NCBI GenBank assembly: GCA_951406725.2
Contig: OX597826.1
Span: 29,202,001 to 29,266,000, forward strand
Reading direction: 5' to 3'
DNA: 64,000 bases
DNA from: Octopus vulgaris
Lineage: Eukaryota
Below are positions 39,510-54,109 of this stretch, one piece after another; within the stretch, counting starts at the first letter, position 1, and each line of letters starts with the position of its first letter. The notes under the pieces were generated by a model. That model was not told the DNA's origin, made no database searches, and saw only the letters and a program-made list of their open reading frames with translations. Made by a program: the position numbers and the translations under genes.

Positions 39510-42275
39510 CAGATTAGTCATGTTTAACATGGATGCATGTATGGCTATGTAGTAAGAAGCTTGCTTCCCAGCCACATGTGTCTACTGTAGCCTTGGGCGA
39601 GCCAAAACCTTGTAAGTGGATTTGGTAGGTGGAAACTGATAGAAGCTCATCATTTGCATCTGTATGTGTGTGTGTGTGTGTGTGTGCTTCAGTCTAAGTG
39701 TCTGTGCTTGTCTTATTCCTGTCACTGCTTGACAGCTGGTATTGGTGTGTTTATGTCCCTGTAACTTGGCATGCGTAGCATGTTGGGCGAGTGTCTTCTA
39801 CTATAATCTTGGGCCAACTAAAACCTTGTGAGTGGATTTGGTAGACGGAAACTGAAAAAGGCCCATCGTGTATATATATATATATATATATATACTCTTT
39901 TACATGTTTCAGTCATTTGACTGTGGCCATGCTGGAGCACTGCCTTTAGTTGAAGAAATCGACCCCATGACTTATTCTTTGTATTCTATCACTCTCTTTT
40001 ACTGAACTGCTAAGTTTCAGGGACATAAACACACAAACAGTTGTCAAGCGATTGTGGGAGAACAAACAAAGACACACACACACAAATATATATACATATA
40101 TATATATAGATAGATAGATATCGGACTTCTTTCAGTTTCCATCTACCAAATCTACTCACACACACATACACACACAAACCATCGCTTGATAACAAATGTT
40201 GGTATGTTTATGTTCCTGTAACTCAGTGATTTGGCAAAAGAGACTAATGAAATAAATACTGGCATCAATTCAAGGGTATAAAAGTTCTTCAAGGTGGTGC
40301 TCCAGCATGGCCACAGTCTAGCAACTGAAACAAATAATTGATAAGAAACTGATGATTTGATTAACAGAATTTCAAAAATCAAAGTTCATCAAAAAATTTT
40401 TAATTTGGTGCATTAATGTACTTTTCCAAGTTGAATTGCTGGAGTTATTTCACTTTCTCCAGAAAAATGTTTTAAAAAAGTTACAGAGGTTTAAATTTTG
40501 CTCATTTTCACCCAGTCAGGAAACAGGATTTGGAAGCTGTCATTTTGTGCATGACTACATTTTGTGGTCAACATCCTAAAGATAGCACATGTTTTTATAT
40601 GAAAGTGTAAACATGTCAAATTCTGCTTAACATACAACATATAAGTCCCCATGACTTTTTTAAAATTTGGAATTTTCAGAAAAATTTTTGCAAATTTGTA
40701 CTCTACACATGGGAATTCATCCGATTATGCCAAGAAATTTTTAGCTGTTATTTTTAGCACATCTCATGACCAGGCTACAAGCAACAGAACGCAGCATCAA
40801 TGCATGTGGCATAATGTAGAATATATTTGTCAACACACATGCTTTCTCTCTACTGAAAGAGTACTCATGTTCTGCTTGTTACTATGAAAACAGGCATAAC
40901 TGTATATATGGCTTACAATTGGCTAAAATTACCCAAAAGTGTCAAACTTTAATTGCTAATAGTTCTTTTTTTATTGATTTATAACGAAAATGATTTTCAT
41001 GTCATTCATTAGCCTATAAAAGTTTATCATTACACTGAATATGAAATCAGTTTGAACAAAAATTGATACTGGCAGACAAACCCACTAAATCTGAGACTGA
41101 TTACTAACATACTTAAGGGGCGGCTGGTATGAGACATGTATTTCACTGCTGGTCCTTGTGTGCCCCTTTTCCAGAGACATTCCTATACATACACATACAA
41201 GAACATAGACTGACACATACACACAGACATAGATATACACACACGCACACGCACATGTACATGTACACATTCAACTCAGACACATCAGCTTTGTGGTGTG
41301 ACCTGTTTACCCAAGAACCTGTTACAGTTTGCTGATCACAAGACTGCAGTCATGTGAGATTATTTAGGTCACCCTAAACAAACAAGTCACCTCCAGTGAC
41401 ACAAGCTGAAAGGTCAAAGTACAAAACTTTTTTTTTATCTGCTTCAGAGTTCCAGTTATAATAAAACCTATTTTCCCCTTCTGTTTGTAAATTAATTTGT
41501 ACCATTGTTTTTACCTGCCTTTGGATCTTGTGTGTGTGTAGGGGGGACATGGGGGTATAGGTAGTAGTAGTACTAGTGTAGGTTACCCACTTGTTCTAAA
41601 GGGATGGTGTTAGTGGTCATGACTGTTTCCTTTTGCTGTTCTATGGACAGCTGTGGTGGTGGTGGTAGTGGTGGTGATATGGTGTTTGTGAAAATTGTGG
41701 TTAGTAGTGCTGGTTATCCAGGAATTGTGATGGTAGATTTAATTATGGTGTTGATGGTGGGACTTAGTGTGGTGGTGGTGGTGGTGATCTATTTAGTAGG
41801 ATGATTTTTGTGATAATGATGTTAGTGGTGGTGGTGGTGGTGGTGGCAGCAGTTATCTCTTGTGACTTCTATTATCATTTACTGATAAAAACTTTCTGGA
41901 GTCAACCAATCTCTACTGTGAAAAACGCCAACTATTTTATCATTGTTTTTTTTTTGGGTGGGAGCGGTTGGGAAGAGGATGAAGTTGGTAGCTTGAAAAC
42001 CAGAGCAAGTTTAAGACTGAAGTCCAGTGAAGTTTCAGTAAATTTTTGTGTATCTCAAGTTCACTGAGGATAGTGTGTGAGAGAATGGGTTTGGATGTGA
42101 GAGGATGGATTTGTGTGTATGTGTGTGTGTATGGATACATAGTTGCCTAAAAATCCCTGTGTCAGATAAAACTGGCAATTATATAATTGATTAAACTGGA
42201 CTGGGTTTATTAGTGTTAATAAAATACAATATTGTATTCTTATGTAAGATCACTTTACAAATCAGTTTCATACCA

Positions 42276-42350
42276 GAAGTTGAGAAAACCCCAACAATCA
42301 TACTATTCCTTTCAACCTTTCCTGATGACTGCTGGGGTTTTCTCAACTTC
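42276..42350 (-). ncRNA. Candidate pre-miRNA-like hairpin
   Basis: Minus strand GAAGUUGAGAAAACCCCAGCAGUCAU + 23-nt loop + AUGAUUGUUGGGGUUUUCUCAACUUC: a 26-bp uninterrupted stem whose two non-Watson-Crick positions are both G:U on this strand. Confidence 0.4.
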
Positions 42351-45129
42351 CCTTGTAAATTGGCTGAGAATGTAATATATTTTATTAGTAACAATGATAA
42401 TGGAACCAGTGGCAACAGTGGCCAAATATGCATAGGCGCTGGCATGGCTGCATGGTAAAAAGCTTGGTTCTCAACCACGTGGTTCTGGGTTCAGTCCCAC
42501 TGCATAGCACCTCTGGCAAGTGTCTTTTTTTATAGCCTCGGACTGACCAGTGCCTTGTGAGTGGACTTGGTAGTAGTAGTAGTAGTAGTAGTAGTAGACT
42601 CAAAGAAACACGTCATATATCTGTGTGTATGTGTGTCTGTGTTAGTTCCCCCATTCACAGTTTGACAACCATTGTTGGTGTGTTTCCGCTCCCCGTAACT
42701 TAGCAGTTTGGTAAAAGAGAATGATAGGATAACTACAAGGCATTAAAAAGTACTGGGGTTGATACATTCGACTAAAGTTTTGCAAGGGGGTGCCCCAGCG
42801 GAGCTACAGTCTAATAAATGAAAAAAATAAAAGATGCATATATATACATATACTCACACAAATTTTTGTCGAGGAACATAGGCTCGAAACGGAAAAGACT
42901 TTCCATTTTTCTCAACCACTGGGCCATTGCGCTTCCACATGTGTATATATATATATGAATGAATACGTGTATGTGCTTTTATGTTATAATAAGAACAATT
43001 TTACATGCAAATCAAGAGTACTCAATAGATTTGGCAGAGTACAAATTTTATTATTCTTTAACAATAATAGTATTTAGAGTGACTTCAAATTTTTGACCAG
43101 TGCATCATCGAACTGTGTGTATGTGTGTGTTTCATCATCATCATCATCATTTAATGCCCGTTGTCCATACTAGCATGGGTTGGACGGTTTGACCAGGGCT
43201 GGCAAACTGGAAGGCTGCACCAGACTCCTTTCTGATTTGGCATGGTTTTCTACGGCTGGATGCCCTTCCTAATGCCAACTACGCCAAGAGTGGAATGGAT
43301 GCTTTTACGTGCCACTGGCATGGGTGCCATTTGCATGACACTGGTATCTGCCACAACTCTGATTTTGCTCAGCTTGATGGGTCTTCTTCTCAAACACAAC
43401 ATAGTGCTAAAAGCCTTGGTCATTGCCTCTGTGAAATATAGTTGCACTGTATGGCACCTTGTCCAGGTGTTTTCTTCTAGCTTCAAGTCAACCAAAGCCT
43501 TGTGAGTGAATTTAGTAGACAGAAACTGAAAGAATGTAGAGTTATATACGTATGTGTGTGTTTTTATGTCACCTTGTCTAGATGTTGCACGTTAGTTGCG
43601 ATGGAGTTTTACCATCACACTAGCAAAACCATTCATTTCCATTCTTCTATGAAAACATGTCCAACCAAGGGGAAATAATCACTTTGCTTGGGAACAAGTG
43701 AGGGTTGGCAACAAGAAAGGTTCATTTGCTCACCACTTTACAAAGTGTATTGAGTACATTCTTCTCTGGCACCAATATTACCAAATCTGGCACTCCATCA
43801 GTTACAATGAAGAGCGTTCCAATTATCCCGATCAACAGAACAGCCTGATCATAAAAATTAACATGCAAGTGGCTGAGCGCTCCACAGTCATGTGTACCCT
43901 TAATTCTGTATTGTGATTTAGCCCTACACAGAATGTGACAAGGATGGCTCTTTGAATTACAGGTACAACTCATTTTTGCCAGTTGAGTGATCTGGAGCAA
44001 CATGAAATAAAGTGCAATACTTAAAAACACAATGCTCTGCCAGGAATTGTTATCATTAAGCCAGTGTTAGGAACATAAATTGTAACTAAGGTTTGGTGGA
44101 ACATTTTAATTCAAAACTTATGAAAGCAAGACATTTGTACTCAGAGCCAGAGCTGGTTTTAGCCAGGTTGGTATCAAAAGGTTTAAGAATTGTTTCTCTA
44201 TTATATATTTTAAGTCCTTCTAAAATACCACCAGAGTAAACTATGGTAGACCCAGTACATTGGTTTATCCTTATTTCAGACTTTCTAAATCACTTAAAAC
44301 TGTTTTATTTGTTCAGAATAAACACACCTGGTTGAAATTAACTCCACCCATGTTTACCGTTTACTGCTTTCACTTCTATCACCAGCTCTCCGACTCCCCA
44401 ACTCCCCAGCTCCATCTGTCACTCTCTGTTTGCACTCTTGCAAGCCTACCCATTCAGCTGTCCTCAATTCTTTTACTCCTATTCTCCCTTTACCCTCCGC
44501 TTTATACCTTGGCAATGTACCCTGATACCCCGTCTCCATCATCTTTGTTCCTGCCCCTGTGACATGCTTTAGCCTCTCGTCACCTGCCACAAAACCACCT
44601 CTCTCAATACTGCACCCCTAGTCAATTGAGGTGGGGGTCTTATCTTGCAAGTTACTCGGTGACCTCACGATAGTGCTGGTGCTATGAAAAAGCACTTAGG
44701 GCATTCTGTTAAGGGGTTGGCATTAGGAAGGGCATCGAAGCTGTATGAGCTTCATCAGAACAAACATTGAAGCTCCATATAGTCCTCTGTAGTCCTCTCG
44801 TTGAACCATCCACCTCATGCCAGCATGGAACACAAACATTGATGATGATGATGGTATTCCAGAGAGGCTGCTGGTCTAGTCATCAATTCTAGGCCAGTCG
44901 TTAATCCTAACCCAAGTATATTGAGAGAGAATTCCACAGTTTGTTAATGTCAAATTAAACCAACCCAACTCATTGTTACGCCACTGTTTGACAATAGGAA
45001 ATGAATTCCTGTATGATGTTTGGTGATTTGTATTGGTCATTCAGTCAATCCTTCATCAAAGAGAAAATTGTGACCTTGTGCCATATGTCAGAAACTATCA
45101 TCATCGTCATCATTATTATTATTATTATT

Positions 45130-45164
<35 letters not shown>

Positions 45165-45780
45165 TCCATTGAGATCGACTTTGCCTTTCACCCTTTCGGG
45201 GTTGATAAATTAAGTACCAGTGAAACACTGGGGTCGATCTAATCGACTGCCCCTTCCCCCCAAATTTCAGGCCTTGTGCCTACAATAGAAAAGAATTATC
45301 ATTATTATGGTGGCGAGCTGGCAGAATTGTTTGTGTGCTGGTTGAAATGCTGAGCAGTATTTCACCCATCCCTACATTCTGAGTTCAAATCCACGAGGTT
45401 GGTTTTGCCTTAGCGAGCTGGCAAAATCATTAGGACACCAAGCAGAATGCTTTGCAATATTTCGTTTGTCTTTGTCTGAGTTCAAATCCCGTGCATGTCG
45501 GCTTTGCCTTTCACCTTTTCAGGGTTGTACCAATGAAACACTGGGGTTATTATAATTGACTAGTCCCCTCCCCCAAATTTCGGGCCTTGTGCTTTAGTAA
45601 AAAGTATTGTTATTGTTGTTGTATTATTATTAGGGCAGTTAAAAGAATGCCTCATCACTTTCTCCTCTGCTGTATTTATTTTGCTGCTGAAAGTCATAAA
45701 AGCAAAACCTTTTACTCTCTAAGTTAGAAAAATTACTATTTGTAAATCTCACAATGAGAGATATTCAGCAACAGTACTTT

Positions 45781-46072
45781 GGAGTAAAGATTATTTGCTA
45801 ACAGATCATGGCTGTCCTGGTTTAGGATGAATGTTGCTGTAGTTTAGCCCAGAACAATTATTCTGTGCAGATGAAGGGAAATAACCCGGAAATCGTGATA
45901 CACAGATATTGTTTTGAGCTGAGTGGGGATGCTAGATTCCCTTGTTCGAAAATATAAGGACACAGATTGTGTTGTATAGCCAGCTGGAGACGATGTCTCC
46001 TGGGGCTAAATTACAGCAACATTTGTCCTAAACCAGGACTGCCATGTTATGTTGGCAAATAATTTTTACTCC
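45781..46072. mobile_element. Foldback/MITE with ~72-bp imperfect terminal inverted repeats
   Basis: ggagtaaagattatttgctaac...gtagtttagcccag (45781-45852) is the reverse complement of ctggggctaaattac...aataatttttactcc (46000-46072). Confidence 0.8.
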
Positions 46073-48358
46073 TTTTACTCTCTGTTATATCCTGTCACCA
46101 TTTCTGTCCTGCATTCCGTCTCTGGTCTTCCACTCCCAGCATTATTCTTCTGTCTCTCTGCTCTCTTTTTATATGCTTTCTTGAATATGCCACCTTGAGG
46201 GTAACATCATACAATGGTGCCCATTTGTTTTCAGTCTTCCATGAAAAGCCTCTCCGGTCACAAGGAAATATTACCTTGCTCAGAAATGGGTGAGGCTTGG
46301 TGATAGGAAGGGCATCCGGCTGTAGAAAAACAAATTCACCTTGACAAATTCCATCTGACTCATGTCAGCATGTAGAAGTAGACGTTAAAATGATGGTTGC
46401 ACCAGTGGCTGTGGTGGTGGTGATGATGGCGGTGGTGGTTGTGGTTGTGGTGGTGGCGGTGGTGATGGTCGTTGTCATCGTCGTCATAATAGTGACAATG
46501 GGCACTGATGATGATGATGATGATAATGATGATAATGATATTCTGACAAAATTTTTATCTGGTTTTAGATACTGTTATGTGTTTTGAAGAGTCATCAATA
46601 CACACACAGACTGATTATGGTTGTTGTATTTGTTGACGTCGCCACTACCACCGCCATCATCATCATCATTATCATCATCATTATCATCATCCTTGTTGTT
46701 GTTTAGCTGTTAGTATCAAAGTCTTCTGTCACACTATTGTGACTTCTCTAATCTCTCCTATTTGTCTACATTTCAAACCAATCTGCGTGTATGCACATGT
46801 GTGTGTCCACATTCAACTAACAACACACGCATTCTTGCAATGCATACCCTGCCTTATTTACATCATCTTTTCTCTTTTGTGTCTCACTCCCACCCCTCCC
46901 CTTCCTCCTCCCACCTTCTCCCCATACTTTATCTATTCTCCTCACCCCTCCCTCCTTCCCTCACTCTCCTCTCCTTCCTCCTTGCATGTGATCAAGGTGA
47001 AAGGTCATTCATTGATTTGAGTATCTGGTTAGATAATGATACAGTGAGATAATATTCAGCATGATGGTTTGAGTGCAGTGGTGGTGGTGGTGGTGGTGGT
47101 GATGGTGGTGGTGGTAGTGGTGGTTGTGGTAGAGGTGGTGGTAGTGGTATTATAGTGATGGAAGTTACGATCACAGTTATCTCTGTGATAGTGTTGTAGT
47201 GGTAGTGTTATGATACAACACCACACTAACCCACCTTACATCCCCACTGCTTCATCCTCATACAGAGGGAGCAAAATAGATACCAGTTATATATTGAGGA
47301 TGGGATCAGTTCTATATGAGTTATACTTGAGGTGGCGAGCTAGCAGAATGCTTAGCAGGATTTTGTCCATCTTTACATTCTGAGTTCAAATTCCATCAAG
47401 GTCGACTTTTCTTTACATCCTTTCAGGGCTGATAAAATAAGTACCAGCTGAACACTGGGGTCATGTCCCCACAACTTCATCCTTATACAAAGGAATCAAA
47501 ATAGATACCAAAAATTAAAAAAAAAGACTTGTTTGTTCTCAAAGACTGAATAAAGCAGTTGTAAGATTTGAACTCATGATCCTGTCGTAAGTAAAAGTGA
47601 TAAGACAAATGAAACAGGTATGGGTATGGCTGTATGGTTAAAAAGTTTGCTTTGCAGCCCAATCATATGGTTTCAGGTTCAGTCCCACTGCACAGCACCT
47701 TGGCAGGTGTTTTCTCTTATAGCCCCCAGGCCTATTAATACCTTCTGAGGGAATTTGGTAAACAGAAAGTTAAAGAAGTCTCTTGTATATGTGTATTGTT
47801 CATTGTTCACTTCCAGTCTTTCATGCAAAACATGTCAGGCCATGGGGAAATATTACCCTGCTTGGAAATAAGTATGGGTTGGTGTCAGGAGGAGCATCCA
47901 GCTGTAAAACAGTACCTCAGCAAATTCCATTTGACCCATGCAGATGCGGAAAAGTAGATCTTTTATCTTTTATACTTGTTTCAGTTATTAGACTGCGGTC
48001 ATGCTGGGGTACCTCTTTGAAGCACTTTGAATCAACTCCAGGATTCATTTTTTTAAGCCTCATATTCTATCGGTTCCTTTTGCTGAACTGCTAAGCTACA
48101 GGGAGGTAAACACACCGGCACCAGTTGTCAAGTGGTGGTGGGTAGAAACATTGGTTGGGTAGACACAAAGACACATTCACATATATATATGACAGGCTTC
48201 TTTCAGTTTCCATCTACCAAATCCTCTCACAAGGCTTTGGTCAGCCTGAGGCTATAGCAGAAGACACTTGCTCGAAATACCTTGCAGTGGGACCGAACTT
48301 GGAACCATGCCGTTGGGAAGCAAGCTTCTTACCATACATATATATAAAGAGAGAGGAA

Positions 48359-48434
<76 letters not shown>

Positions 48435-48823
48435 TGTTTATTTAGGTTCTCAATGTCTCTATTTTCTGTTAAGTTATAGTAAGAATTCCCAGAGTCGAAG
48501 AACACAAACAGAGAAGCTTACCAATCTTTGGAGTTTTAGCAAAGAGAGATAGACAGGAAGAATTGGTCAAATTCCTCAGCTAGCAGACTTTGGGGAAACC
48601 TCCGTCATGTTGCTGTCATGATTTCTGCATTGTTTTCTTGCTGAATGGTGGAATACCATTGATTTTAGCAGAGGAAAGCCTGCATGATTGTGCTACCAAA
48701 AGTGTGTGTGTGTGAGAGAGAGAGAGAAAGTCAGTATGTTGTGTGTGTGAGAGAGAAAGATTATGTGTACGAAAGAGACTATGTGAGAGAGAGAGAGACA
48801 GAGAAAGAGAGAAGCTGTATGTA

Positions 48824-48862
<39 letters not shown>

Positions 48863-49353
48863 TAAAGGGGGAGAGACACTGTTTAGATGTAGTGTTTATT
48901 AATCTTCTGTGTGTGCATGTGTGTGTGTCTATATTAGTGTAGTGTTGTCTTTTAGTGTGTGCATATGCAAATGTATAAGTATGAATGGGTTTACTCTGAT
49001 TTCTGTGTGTGTGTGGCTTTAACTTGATCTATATATGTGTGTATGTATGTTTGACATTAGTCTGTCTGTAGATGTATGTGTGTGTGTGTGTTTGTGAAGA
49101 ATTTGATGTTTAGCCCCAATCAAAAAAACATTCCAACTGTGACCATCCCATCTGGTTTTCAAATGTAATACATTGAGTACTACATGACACCACACTAAAG
49201 TGTGTTATTTGAGGGGGTTTTGATATCTATCTTTAACAAATTGAGATATATAAAGGCTTCCTCGCAGACTCGTTCATTTAGAATGAATGTATAATGAATC
49301 GGGTTGTCCTGTTCTCTTGTGTGTATGTATGCTATGACTGATTTATTATTGAG

Positions 49354-49391
<38 letters not shown>

Positions 49392-49977
49392 GTGTATAAT
49401 GTAACCACAGTCTGTTGTTACTATATATATAGTCAAAATAAGCAACAGGATATCAAGTAGTGATGCAGTACGACCGTTTCAAGCGGTTCCATTTAATTGA
49501 ACAATGCAATCATTACATCAATTTAAATGCAGTGCCATCTTCAGCTGCACAGATAAAAAAATAGAATTTTAACCAGTTGGACACGTTAATATAATTTTTC
49601 TCAATACTTTAAGAGAGCAAGAACTTGGAAGAAATTCATGTTGTTGCTATTGTAGCTAAGAATAGACTACACTTCCAAGAATCGCATGAAGCCTATTTGG
49701 GGCGATAAGGTTGTAAGGGATTGTAATTCATTTCTAATTCATTTATCTCTTTATCAACTACTAAATCTAAGACTAGAAGACTATGTCTACTTTGAATAAT
49801 GGACAAGAGTGAGTTACTGGCTCATGGCTAGGTATGGTCATAAACATTATCATATGTACCCCTTTTTCCTCAGGGAGGAAAGTAGACATTAGGAGTAGTC
49901 AGTTGGCTATCAGTAACTGTCCATAAAAAGTGGTTGGGTAGGGGAAGATTTTAAAACATGATGTTAATTACCAGTTA

Positions 49978-50545
49978 AAAGGTGGCCCAAAAGTAGATTT
50001 ACAGTTATTCAGCTATCTCTTTTGCATTCATATATTAACAGTTTAGATTTTAATTATGAAAAAAATCTAAACCCATTATTCAGCAACATGGAGCACCTCC
50101 ACATTATGTGTTGACAATAAGAGACTACCTTAACCAAGCCTTTCCACAGCGTTGGTTTGGAAGACAGGGCAGCATCGAATGGCCACCACATTCACCTGCC
50201 CTGACACCAATGGATTTCTTTTTTGTGGGGTGTTGTAAAGAACCAGGTTTATGGGAGGAATCCCAAAACAGTAAATGAATTAAAGGATTATATTTCTGAT
50301 GCATTCACTGAAATTGATGGAGATCGGAATATGTGCTGCATTGTGTGTCAGAGTGTTCTGAAGAGGTTTGAAGAATGGTGCAATATTGAAAGAGGAGATT
50401 TTGAGCATCTGAGAGGTTAAACATTGTCTGTTTAAGATGTGCATAAAGAATATGATTGTAAGATAGAAAATTAAATGTAATTAAATGTTTTAAAAGAAAT
50501 TTAAAGTGCCTATGTGATAACTATAAACCTACTTTTGGGCCACCC

Positions 50546-50547
<2 letters not shown>
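49978..50547 (+). mobile_element. Internally deleted Tc1/mariner element, DD41D (rosa/Visitor) type, with transposase pseudogene
   Basis: TIRs aggtggcccaaaagtagatttacagttat / ataactataaacctacttttgggccaccct. Translation QQ(H)GAPPHYV...WPPHSPALTPMDFF then LWGVVKNQVY... has 41 residues between the last two catalytic positions, a D-to-H change and a 1-nt frameshift near 50222. Confidence 0.9.
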
Positions 50548-50580
<33 letters not shown>

Positions 50581-51014
50581 GTGTATGTATATAGGTATAT
50601 AGTGTCTACAATAAGATTCAGTCATACATATCCTCTCCCTTCCCCTCTTCTTCCTCCTCTGAATTACATATATCACTTAGAGAATACTATTAGTTCATGC
50701 ATGGGTGCTTCAGATTCTTTGTGTGTGTATTTCGGTGTTTGTTCATCCATCCATTTTGTGCCCATTTTTTTTTCTGTTCCGCATAAGTTGGACAATTTGA
50801 CAAATACATATTTTCAAGGTATTATTTTACAGCAGCATGCTCTTCCTGTCACTCACTAACCCTTACCTGTTTTTCTTTTTTATTTTAAGTAAAAGAGTTT
50901 CTTGTTCTGTTCATTTTCCAAAGTGCTGAGCTAGTAAGCAATTTGTTCATGTGGAATATCAACAGACATCAGCGTTTATAGCTCAAAACTTTGATGTGAG
51001 GTGCAGTATGTCTC

Positions 51015-51055
<41 letters not shown>

Positions 51056-51068
51056 ACTTATATACATA

Positions 51069-51272
51069 CAAGGGGTTGCTGAAAAGTTCCTGGCTATGGG
51101 TACAAGAAAATATGGGAGGATCAGTTATATTTTGACATTCCCCTCTCAGATTCACACTTATTGCAGTGGTCCTTCAATTTTTCTTAGCTCTGTAAAAGAA
51201 CTTAGAAGGTTAGGCTTGCAGTCATGCCTTTCATGGTACCCTCAAAGCCAGGAACCTTTCAGTAACCCCTCC
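51069..51272. mobile_element. Mariner-derived MITE
   Basis: TIRs TA-caaggggttgctgaaaagttcctggct ... agccaggaacctttcagtaacccctc. Confidence 0.7.
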
Positions 51273-51444
51273 CTCTCCCCCATATGTAGTGGGTCAGAAG
51301 ATGCTAATGCAAGTAAAGAATTGATGTGTACCATGCCAGATGTGCTCAGAGAGATCAAATTCTTTAAATTCTGACTTCGTAATCAGAGTGAAGGACTCCA
51401 GAAGTAGATGAGTTGGTTGGAAGAGGTTCCATCTCAGTGGCAGC

Positions 51445-51630
51445 AAACCACCAGTTTGCCCTTTTTATCCAAAGCCATGTAGTAGCCTTATCCGTAACTT
51501 CAGTTATGAAATTTATGGCCCTCCTTTTACATGCAACAATAACTCAAAGCCCAGTCGGAGCCTTGCAGAATGAACATCCCATAAAATCTTGGCAACCCTC
51601 TTCAATTAACTTACAACATGCCTGCTAGTC
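51445..51630 (-). mobile_element. 3' remnant of a Hero/NeSL-like non-LTR retrotransposon (REL-endonuclease end)
   Basis: Translates QACCKLIEEGCQDFMGCSFCKAPTGL*VIVACKRRAINFITEVTDKATTWLWIKR, resembling the EVGCRGF...KRRAI...AEKASRWLWIKR terminus of this clade; in-frame stop. Confidence 0.7.
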
Positions 51631-51901
51631 TAGGCTTCTCCTTTGCGCTATATATATATATATTCACATACACACACACATATACATATGCATATATAAA
51701 AGCTTTCTATATGTACTCTATGACCATACCCAACTGTAGATTCCAACCAGTTAAAACTCGGACTGTAATTCAAATTCTTTTCACAGTTTCCCTTTGGATA
51801 TACAGGAATGCACATGCAGTTCCAGATAATGGTTATTTGTCATGCAATTTAAATGACTCTATATAATTATATATACATTATACAGAGGATGTAAAATATC
51901 T

Positions 51902-51962
<61 letters not shown>

Positions 51963-52039
51963 ATCTATCTATCTATCTTTAATTTTATCTCTGGTCAATT
52001 TTTCCCTGAAGAAGGACTGTATCCAAAACGTTGGGTTTT

Positions 52040-52248
52040 TCCACTCCTCACACCAATGACCTTGGTGATGCTTTCCTTCAAATGCTTTATGTCTTTTATC
52101 TCTCCACGATACGCCATGCCTTTCAAATGCCCCCAGAGATAGAAATTAAGAGGGGTCAGATCAGAGGATTTAGGGGGTCTAATAAACTGTTTCTCATAAA
52201 AAAGAATCAATTTTTCCTATGTATGGAGACTTTTGAATCACCCTGTAT
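52040..52248 (-). mobile_element. Tc1/mariner transposase remnant with one TIR
   Basis: TA-cagggtgattcaaaagtctcc end; peptide PPKSSDLTPLNFYLWGHLKGMAY matches the PPRSPDLTPxDFFLWG motif. Confidence 0.8.
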
Positions 52249-54064
52249 ATTCTTGTAGGAAATTGAATGAACTAATACAATCTTCTTTGTCATTCAACTT
52301 TTTGGCCGATAGATCGGCCCTATTGTCTCCTAAGGGTTAAATAGAAGGGAGCAGGATGACTCATGCAGGTTCATCTTAAACTGTTAAAAACGGGGGTCCT
52401 TGTAAGATTTTACTGTTATAATTTGTATGTAAACTTCTACAATGCGCAAAATATTTTCAGAATTTTTAAAAATATAATTTCTTATAATATTTAATTATAG
52501 AAATAGGATAGGATTTTTTAAACATCAAATGGCTGCGTTGGTTCATTTGAGTAAAACAGGAACCATGGTTGAGAATCACTGGCGTCAAAGAAAAGTAGTT
52601 CTCTCAATCTTGAAAAGCCAGATGAACTGAAAGCATAAAGATGCAGCATAAAAAAAAATTTCTATAAACTGATAGTTTATTCACAGGAAAAGACTTTGGA
52701 ACTTAATTTGCTTTAAAGATAGTCATCAGAAAAGACTAGTGAAGCTCACATTGAAAATTAGTGAGGTAGTTATGTGTTTGTGTGTGTGTGTGCATACAAT
52801 GTCACTAAAGACATATTTGAGACACTTCTCTATATATATATTTATTTTGTATAGACGTTGGTCATGGTCCAAGTAATTTCTAGCTAGTTGAACACTTTCG
52901 CAATGAATAAGTACCTTGAATACTTGAATTAAATAGATTTTTTTAGGTTCATGTATCTCATTAATGCTTTTGTATGTATGTGTGTGTGTGATTCACATTG
53001 TCATCATTCAACATCTGTGTTTCATGCTGGCATGGGTTGGGTGTATTTCAACTAGATCCAATATCTCCAAGCACCACATCATGCTCAAGTGTCTGCTTTG
53101 GCACAGTTTCAATGACCAACCACCTCACACAGTGGACTTGGTCCTTTTTTCATGTTGCCTGCATAATGAGGTTGTCGTGCAACTCACAGGACTAGCAACC
53201 CTGGAGGGATGTGAGCTTCATGCTAGGGGATAAGGGGATTACAGTAAGGGCTGAGGTGACCAAGCAGGTTCTTGTAAAAGGATCTGCATGACTACCCACA
53301 TTAAGTAGGAGGAAGGCAAAGAGAGAGAGAAAGAGAACATAACCAGTAAGAGTTGCAGGGGATAGATAATGGCAGTGAGGTTTTCCAGGTGACCCCCATC
53401 AGGCACAAGGTGCATAGAAATGGGTGGAGAATGTTGCATATCCCAAAAGGGATATATATATATATATACCCTTATTATTTTCATAGTAAAGTTTGCGTAG
53501 TTTTGAACCCCTTTGGTACACAGTTTTAATTTTTTAATTAATATTTACTGCTGAATGTAACTGCACGGTGGATTTTAAAAAATTAGAATGTATGATTATG
53601 TAGCACATGTATTCTCTGTGCTGCATAAATAGGCATTAATCTTAGTGTCCTTACGGAAGAAGCATGGATGGCAAATGAATTTATTTGCACGTTAATGCAG
53701 AAACTCAAGTTTAGGGGTAACTATAGAAATATTTTTATTTTTCATTCCCTTTGAAATTACTCATATTTGTGGTTTGAGCTTTAACTGCCCTTTCCAGCAT
53801 GTAAGGTGTCCTGTTAAAGGTCACCTCTTTTGTGTATAAATACATACACCATTTTATATATATATATATTCCAGAGTAAGCACATAAATGTGAAACAAGG
53901 TGGAAAAAGAGAGTACTCAAATACCAGAGGTAGAGTAATATGCTTTATTTAAAAGCAGCAGAAATATAACAAAAGCTGTTACTCAGAGTTTCATGTTCAC
54001 GTTTGTAAGACTGTTTTGTTAAAAAAACTGTCCGACGAATGGGAACGTGATGCTTTTAAATAAA

Positions 54065-54109
<45 letters not shown>

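Noticed and set aside
52687-52765. Plus-strand phase 2-to-0 pseudo-exon (KRLWNLICFKDSHQKRLVKLTLKISE) as an alternative to the 10th TRAP1 exon
   Set aside because: No similarity to HSP90, weak acceptor and weak donor.
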